A DNA stretch of 64,000 nt. Source: Chthoniobacterales bacterium (GTDB lineage: Bacteria > Verrucomicrobiota > Verrucomicrobiia > Chthoniobacterales > JACTMZ01). Shown piece after piece: positions 59,237 to 64,000 of the stretch; the stretch's first letter is position 1; each line of letters begins with the position of its first letter. Location: contig JACSRX010000037.1 in assembly GCA_014879535.1 (NCBI GenBank), forward strand, positions 32,629-96,628, in the 5' to 3' direction. The notes beneath the pieces were generated by a model. That model saw only the letters and a program-made list of their open reading frames with translations. It was not told the DNA's origin and did no database searches. The position numbers and the translations under genes are program-made.

Positions 59237-60250
59237 ATGGACCTGACCACGGATTACCTCGGGCTGCGTCTGAAAAATCCGCTGCTGCCGGGGGCTTCGC
59301 CGCTGGTGGACGATCTCGACGCCGTGCGTCGCCTCGAGGATGCGGGGGCGCCGGCTCTCGTGATGCATTCGCTGTTCGAGGAGCAGATCACGCTCGAGGA
59401 AGCGGCCGAAATGGCCGACGTGGATGCGCATGAATATTCGTTCGCCGAGGCGGCGACGTATCTGCCGACGGCGGGCGATTTCACCCTCGGCCCCGACCGC
59501 TACCTCGACCAGATCGGGCGCATCAAGCGCGCGGTCGATATTCCGGTCATCGCCTCGCTCAATGGCACGACGCCGGGCGGATGGACCGGCTACGCGCAGC
59601 TCATGGAGGAAGCGGGCGCCGATGCGCTGGAGATCAATGTTTACTTCCTGCCGACCGATCCCGCGGAGACCTCGGCCGATGTCGAGGCGCGCCTGGTGGA
59701 TGTCGTGCGGCGCGTGTCCGGGGCGGTGTCCATCCCCGTGGCCGCGAAGCTTTCGCCGTTCTTCAGCGCCCTGCCGAACCTTGCCCGGCAGCTTCACGAT
59801 GCCGGGGCGAGGGGATTGGTGCTCTTCAACCGTTTCTACCAACCGGATCTGGACCCCGAGGAATTGCAGGTGAAGCCGACGCTTGAGTTGTCTGACGCCT
59901 ACGAGCTGCGCCTGCGGCTGCGCTGGCTCGCGATCCTGAGCGCCTGCAACCCCGCTGATCTTTCCGCCAGCGGCGGTGTCCACACCGGCTTGGATGCCGT
60001 CAAAGCCGTCATGGCCGGCGCAACGACCGTGCAGATGGTGTCCGCCCTCCTGCGCCAAGGGCCCGGTCACTTCGCCGAAGTGCTGGGATTCTTCAACCGC
60101 TGGCTCGAGGAGCACGAATACGAAAGCCTCGCGCAGCTGCGTGGCAGTCTGAATCTCAGCACATGCCCGGACCCCGCCGCGTTCGAGCGGGCGAACTACC
60201 TCAAGGTTTTGCAGAGCTGGGACGGCCGCCCGACGTCCGCGAAGGGTTGA
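59237..60250 (+). CDS. dihydroorotate dehydrogenase-like protein
   Basis: Start at ATG 59237. DHOD-family TIM-barrel pattern (LKNPLLPGASPL..., SGGVHTGLDAVKAVMAGATTVQM). Confidence 0.7.
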   Translation: MDLTTDYLGLRLKNPLLPGASPLVDDLDAVRRLEDAGAPALVMHSLFEEQITLEEAAEMADVDAHEYSFAEAATYLPTAGDFTLGPDRYLDQIGRIKRAVDIPVIASLNGTTPGGWTGYAQLMEEAGADALEINVYFLPTDPAETSADVEARLVDVVRRVSGAVSIPVAAKLSPFFSALPNLARQLHDAGARGLVLFNRFYQPDLDPEELQVKPTLELSDAYELRLRLRWLAILSACNPADLSASGGVHTGLDAVKAVMAGATTVQMVSALLRQGPGHFAEVLGFFNRWLEEHEYESLAQLRGSLNLSTCPDPAAFERANYLKVLQSWDGRPTSAKG

Positions 60251-60257
60251 CGCCGGC

Positions 60258-60680
60258 TCAGGCGAGCCGGGCGTCCATGGTGATCTCGGCGTTGAGAACC
60301 TTCGAGACGGGGCAGCCGGCCTTCGCCTGCGCGGCGAGTTCCTGGAACTTCGCGTCGTCGATGCCGGGGATGCTGGCGGTGACATCGAGGTGGCTCGCGG
60401 TGATGGCAAAGCCGCCATCCTTGGGCTCCAGCGAGACCGTGGCCGTCGTGGCGATCTTGTCCGGCGTGAATCCCGCGAGGCCGAGGATCATCGAGAACGC
60501 CATCGAGAAACAGCCCGCGTGGGCCGCGCCGATGAGTTCCTCCGGATTCGTGCCCGGCTCACCCTCGAAACGGGTCTTGAACGAGTAGGGCTTGTCCACG
60601 AGCGCACCGGAGCCGGTGCTGAGCGTTCCGGCCCCCTCCTTGAGGGAACCGTTCCATTGGGCAGATGCTTTGTGTTTCAT
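60258..60680 (-). CDS. osmC: OsmC family peroxiredoxin
   Basis: 140 aa. Conserved AAHAGCFSMA and AKAGCPVSKVL cysteine motifs. Confidence 0.9.
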   Translation of the reverse strand: MKHKASAQWNGSLKEGAGTLSTGSGALVDKPYSFKTRFEGEPGTNPEELIGAAHAGCFSMAFSMILGLAGFTPDKIATTATVSLEPKDGGFAITASHLDVTASIPGIDDAKFQELAAQAKAGCPVSKVLNAEITMDARLA

Positions 60681-60794
60681 GATGGGTTTGGGAGTGGGGT
60701 GAGGACTGCGGTGTTGTTGTCCGCAGCTTTGTAGTGGATGCCCTGAGGTGTTGGCGAGAATTTGGGCAGAAGATGTGTATTTGCTCCGGTTAGA

Positions 60795-63362
60795 CTAACC
60801 GACAGCGACTGCAGGGCGAATGCGGGCTGCAATCTCTTCATAAACTGGAATTCGCAATTCTTCGGCCACTTCAACCGAGACAACCAGCCCATATCGAATG
60901 GTGCCTTCAAGCGAGCTTGCATCAGCGCGGCAATTCACGCGAATCACCATCGTTGCGTCTTCGGCAAATGCCGCTGCACGCTCGCCTTCAAAGATCTCGT
61001 GCTGAACCGTGCCGTTTCTGGCGGAACGCCATTCGGCGTCTTCGCGCTTTGTCGCGAGTTTTCCATTTTCGATGTTGAACCAGAGCGCCGCACCGCGGTA
61101 GTTCCGATGTCGCGGATGAATTGGGGTGAGCCAGGCCAAAGTGACGACCACGCGGCGAAGCCCACGAACGCCACTCAGGCTCGGTGGCAGGGGAATGCAA
61201 TACTCATGCGCCGCATCGCTGGCGAGCGTTCCACACCCGAGCATCGTCGCCCGATGGTCGGCACCAACCAGCGATTCAACCGGCTCCACAAAACCGAAGC
61301 CGAGAAACCTCGCAGCAATCCGCTTGAACTTGTCCTCCCGCATGGCAGCGGGCTTCAGGACACCTTTCAGGTGGTCGTAGGCGGCACCCCAAGCGGCTGT
61401 GTGAATCAACATCGCCTTCAACAATACCGCAGCAAACTCGTCGGTGAGTCTGTCGCCGCCCGGCTCCGCGCGCAAAGTGACCAACTGCTCGTAGAGGAAA
61501 GCCGCTGAACGCGTAGCGAGCGCCGTCGCGTTGCTCGTTCCTCGGGTGTGCTTCTCCCTGTCCGCCTGACCGGGGACGGCGCTTGGGGATGCTGCCAAAA
61601 TACCAGGCGCGACAGTAGCGGGTGCGATGTCCAGCGTTGCATTGGTGTGGCTGTTCCCGAGTCGTTCCGAATAAAACTGCCTGCCACCTGGAAGTAGAAT
61701 GTCCGGCTTGGTGGCGTTCCGAAATCCGCAGCCGAGTCCGCTGACAGGACTTGGAAGCGGCTCAGTGAGCAGCGGATTCACTCGGTGTGGCAGGTTCAAG
61801 ACTGCACCAAAATCATGATGCCATGCGCCGATCGTCACGGCGTTGACGGAGTCAGCCGGGGCGAGAATCCGCCTCAGCCTCAAGTCGCGTTGCAGAACCT
61901 TCAAAGTCTCCGCTTCCCGAGCCTGCGGCGACAGCCCCGCGAAGGCAGTGCGAGGGACATTCAACTCCAGCGCGCCAGCGTGGTTTCCTGCGCTCACGCA
62001 GATGAGCACGTTGTATTTGGCCGCCAGCCAATCGAGCAGCCTGCCCCATGCGCTGACCGCTGAATGAAACTGCTGAAGAGGATCCCCGATGGAGAAATTG
62101 ATGACGCGCACAGTTGGCGCGACTGGCGGTGTCGCTCCTTCCGGCTCAAATAGTCGTCTTATGGCTCTGTGCGTCAGATCGAGAGGATTGACCCCATAGG
62201 GTATCCGCTCATCGCGCGCATTGTTCCAAGGCTGAGGATCAGGTCGGAGAATCGGCCGCTGATAAAGCGGGCGTGGCAAGGCAGCGCGCGGCGCATTCAA
62301 GTCACCATGCAGGATGATTGAAGCCATCGTTGTCCCGTGTTCGCGTCCGCTCGCCGTGTAGGCGGAAGCGTATCCGTCCGGGTCGTCCACGCGCAAACGA
62401 CCGACGAGCCGCGCGTGGTTTTCAAGTGGGAGGCCATCGAGCAGCGCAACCGTTGGGTCGCCGGTGGGCGTCCCCGTGGGTAGAGCAGCTACAGGCGACT
62501 GCAAATCCGGTTGGCCATGTCCCGGCATCACCGATTGTCCCGAGGGACGGAAGAACATGACCACACTTTCTCCGAGCAACTCGACCTCTTGGCGGTTCAC
62601 AAGGCGACGAACTTCGGATGCGGGCAAAGTCACTACCGCTGCGTGGTAGCAGATGGCATCCAGTTCGCAGACGGAGGCGACCTGTCCTCGAAGTCGGGTG
62701 ACAATTCGACGGATTCGGTCAACGGATGCCGCTCGTTGCTGCGCTGTCTGCCGGAACCACAACTCCACCTCGAAAGGAATGACGGTTTGGTCGCCCGATT
62801 CCGCCGCATCTTTCCAGTATTCGATGACGCCGGTTTCCAGAAGGCGGTCTTCGGGGGACCAACGGCGAACATCGCGGAGGTGCCGGAACAATTCGAAGAA
62901 AGGAGAAAGGCCGCGCGCTGCGGCTCTGCCCGTTTGGAACGACTGCCAAAGACCCAGCAACTGCTGGAGCGCCTGCTGGTTAGTCATGACCAGGAAAACT
63001 CGTCCAGAGAGGTGCGAATCCTCGCGTGCCTCGTTGTAGAAGTCGTCGTCGGGTGCGATGTCTTCAATATCCCACTCAGCGAGAAAGTCGAGGCCGGGGA
63101 CGAGTCTTGCAGCATTGAGGAAGTTGGCAACGGAGCCAACGGTATCAAATACGATTACTTCCTCTGGAACCTGCCCAGCGGCGGAGGCCCTGAGTTCAAC
63201 TGCCCTCTGCTCGAAATACACCTTGAGTGTCTCGAACTTCGGACCAATCCGCTCCCCCTGCCGCGCCCTGCTCGGAAGATGAGGCGAACCGCCGCCGCCG
63301 GGCGGACGACCGCGAGATGCGGTGGCAGGCGATGGCAATACAATTAGCGGGCGGCCCGGCAT
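60795..63362 (-). CDS. S8 (subtilisin-like) serine peptidase with ~300-aa N-terminal unknown domain; IetS-like
   Basis: 855 aa. Catalytic triad contexts VALLDGLP (Asp), REHGTTMASIILHG (His) and HTRGTSNATALA (Ser). Starts 3 nt after the stop of the upstream AAA ATPase gene. Confidence 0.75.
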   Translation of the reverse strand: MPGRPLIVLPSPATASRGRPPGGGGSPHLPSRARQGERIGPKFETLKVYFEQRAVELRASAAGQVPEEVIVFDTVGSVANFLNAARLVPGLDFLAEWDIEDIAPDDDFYNEAREDSHLSGRVFLVMTNQQALQQLLGLWQSFQTGRAAARGLSPFFELFRHLRDVRRWSPEDRLLETGVIEYWKDAAESGDQTVIPFEVELWFRQTAQQRAASVDRIRRIVTRLRGQVASVCELDAICYHAAVVTLPASEVRRLVNRQEVELLGESVVMFFRPSGQSVMPGHGQPDLQSPVAALPTGTPTGDPTVALLDGLPLENHARLVGRLRVDDPDGYASAYTASGREHGTTMASIILHGDLNAPRAALPRPLYQRPILRPDPQPWNNARDERIPYGVNPLDLTHRAIRRLFEPEGATPPVAPTVRVINFSIGDPLQQFHSAVSAWGRLLDWLAAKYNVLICVSAGNHAGALELNVPRTAFAGLSPQAREAETLKVLQRDLRLRRILAPADSVNAVTIGAWHHDFGAVLNLPHRVNPLLTEPLPSPVSGLGCGFRNATKPDILLPGGRQFYSERLGNSHTNATLDIAPATVAPGILAASPSAVPGQADREKHTRGTSNATALATRSAAFLYEQLVTLRAEPGGDRLTDEFAAVLLKAMLIHTAAWGAAYDHLKGVLKPAAMREDKFKRIAARFLGFGFVEPVESLVGADHRATMLGCGTLASDAAHEYCIPLPPSLSGVRGLRRVVVTLAWLTPIHPRHRNYRGAALWFNIENGKLATKREDAEWRSARNGTVQHEIFEGERAAAFAEDATMVIRVNCRADASSLEGTIRYGLVVSVEVAEELRIPVYEEIAARIRPAVAVG

Positions 63363-63365
63363 GAT

Positions 63366-64000
63366 TTAGCGGGCCTTCCTCCGCGTTCGCATCTTCCATT
63401 GCTCAATTCTTTCGCCAAGGATCGACGCAGACTCTTTCTGTCCTTGAGAGAGAATCGTGCGACGAACGACATCCAGCGCGAAATCCTCCATCTCAGCAAA
63501 GCTCTCAAACTTCACCCTCTGGGCGATGCTCTTCGGTGACAAATCCGCTGGTAGTTTCCATCGCTCGCCTGCCAGTCGGAACCATTCGGCAACCTGCGCC
63601 GCTGTCGGTGGTGGCAATTCGAGCCGGAGCTGAAACCGACGCCAGACTGCGCGGTCGAGCAACTCTTGGTGGTTGGTCGCCGCCACTACCACGACGTAAC
63701 TCGGGAGGCGGTCAATTTGGAGCAACAGCGAACTGACCACCCGCTTGATTTCGCCGGTGTCGTGAACGTCGCCACGCTCTTTGCCCAGCGTATCGAACTC
63801 ATCGAAAAACAGGACACATGGCCGAGTGGTTACATGCTCAAAGAGCTTGTTAAGACGACCGGCTGTCTCCCCAAGGAAACTCCCGACAACGCCTTCATAG
63901 CGCACGGACAACAGCGCCACGCCAAGCGACTGCGCCAATGTTTCAGCGAGGCATGTCTTTCCGTTGCCGGGAGGCCCAATCAACAAGACACGATGCCGAG
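63366..64000 (-). CDS. AAA+ ATPase (5' end beyond the window); IetA-like
   Basis: Walker A LLIGPPGNGKT. Walker B VLFFDEFD. Sensor region VVVAATN. The reading frame stays open to the window edge (...RHRVLLIGPPG), so the TTG start in the track is an artefact. Confidence 0.75.
   Translation of the reverse strand, partial: RHRVLLIGPPGNGKTCLAETLAQSLGVALLSVRYEGVVGSFLGETAGRLNKLFEHVTTRPCVLFFDEFDTLGKERGDVHDTGEIKRVVSSLLLQIDRLPSYVVVVAATNHQELLDRAVWRRFQLRLELPPPTAAQVAEWFRLAGERWKLPADLSPKSIAQRVKFESFAEMEDFALDVVRRTILSQGQKESASILGERIEQWKMRTRRKAR

Noticed and set aside
60795-64000. Treating the AAA-ATPase/S8-protease pair as the undescribed system of the window.
   Set aside because: The two-gene architecture matches the published IetAS defence system. 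It is reported as a known-type system of moderate interest, not as a novelty.

Overview
High-GC bacterial chromosome segment. The gene content looks Verrucomicrobia/PVC-like, but that is an inference I cannot verify here.

Left core (1-14.5 kb): a partial MFS transporter, argC-argJ-argB, a GHL10-type glycosidase-like lipoprotein, an HpnD-like squalene/phytoene synthase translationally coupled to a degenerate ABC-ATPase-like gene, pgsA, der, gltB-gltD, and tRNA-Leu(UAA).

Island (14461-44083, about 29.6 kb): an integrative element inserted in tRNA-Leu. It is bounded by a 68-bp direct repeat of the tRNA 3' part, of which 54 bp are perfect.
- Mobility backbone at the right end: tyrosine integrase, excisionase-like HTH, P4/D5-type primase-helicase, an HUH-motif Mob/Rep-like protein, a DUF3102-like protein, and an oriT/ori-like intergenic region.
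- Cargo at the left end:
  - an XRE / 1183-aa helical protein / Mrr-like nuclease cluster that also carries an MmeI-like N-terminal remnant
  - a secreted SNase-GcrA-like fusion
  - a secreted-protein / TSP3-repeat / Rhs polymorphic-toxin operon with an overlapping small immunity candidate
  - orphan small genes, one of them frameshifted
  - an AT-richer two-gene cassette encoding a ubiquitin-like beta-grasp candidate and an unknown 342-aa protein

Right core (44.1-64 kb): an SNase-like paralog, tRNA-Thr(CGT), DUF1697, an exopolysaccharide locus (a deacetylase-GT2 fusion split by a G9 homopolymer frameshift, plus a GH26-like gene), an Ada-like gene, a cupin, an oxidoreductase, GH31, PFOR with a DHOD-like gene, and OsmC. 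At the window edge sits an AAA-ATPase + S8-protease pair that matches the published IetAS defence architecture.

No CRISPR array, rRNA or phage structural genes were seen. The best candidates for something undescribed are the Ubl-like/342-aa cassette, the XRE/1183-aa/Mrr-like cluster, and the Rhs C-terminal toxin with its immunity gene. All functional calls rest on motif recognition by eye. No database searches were run.
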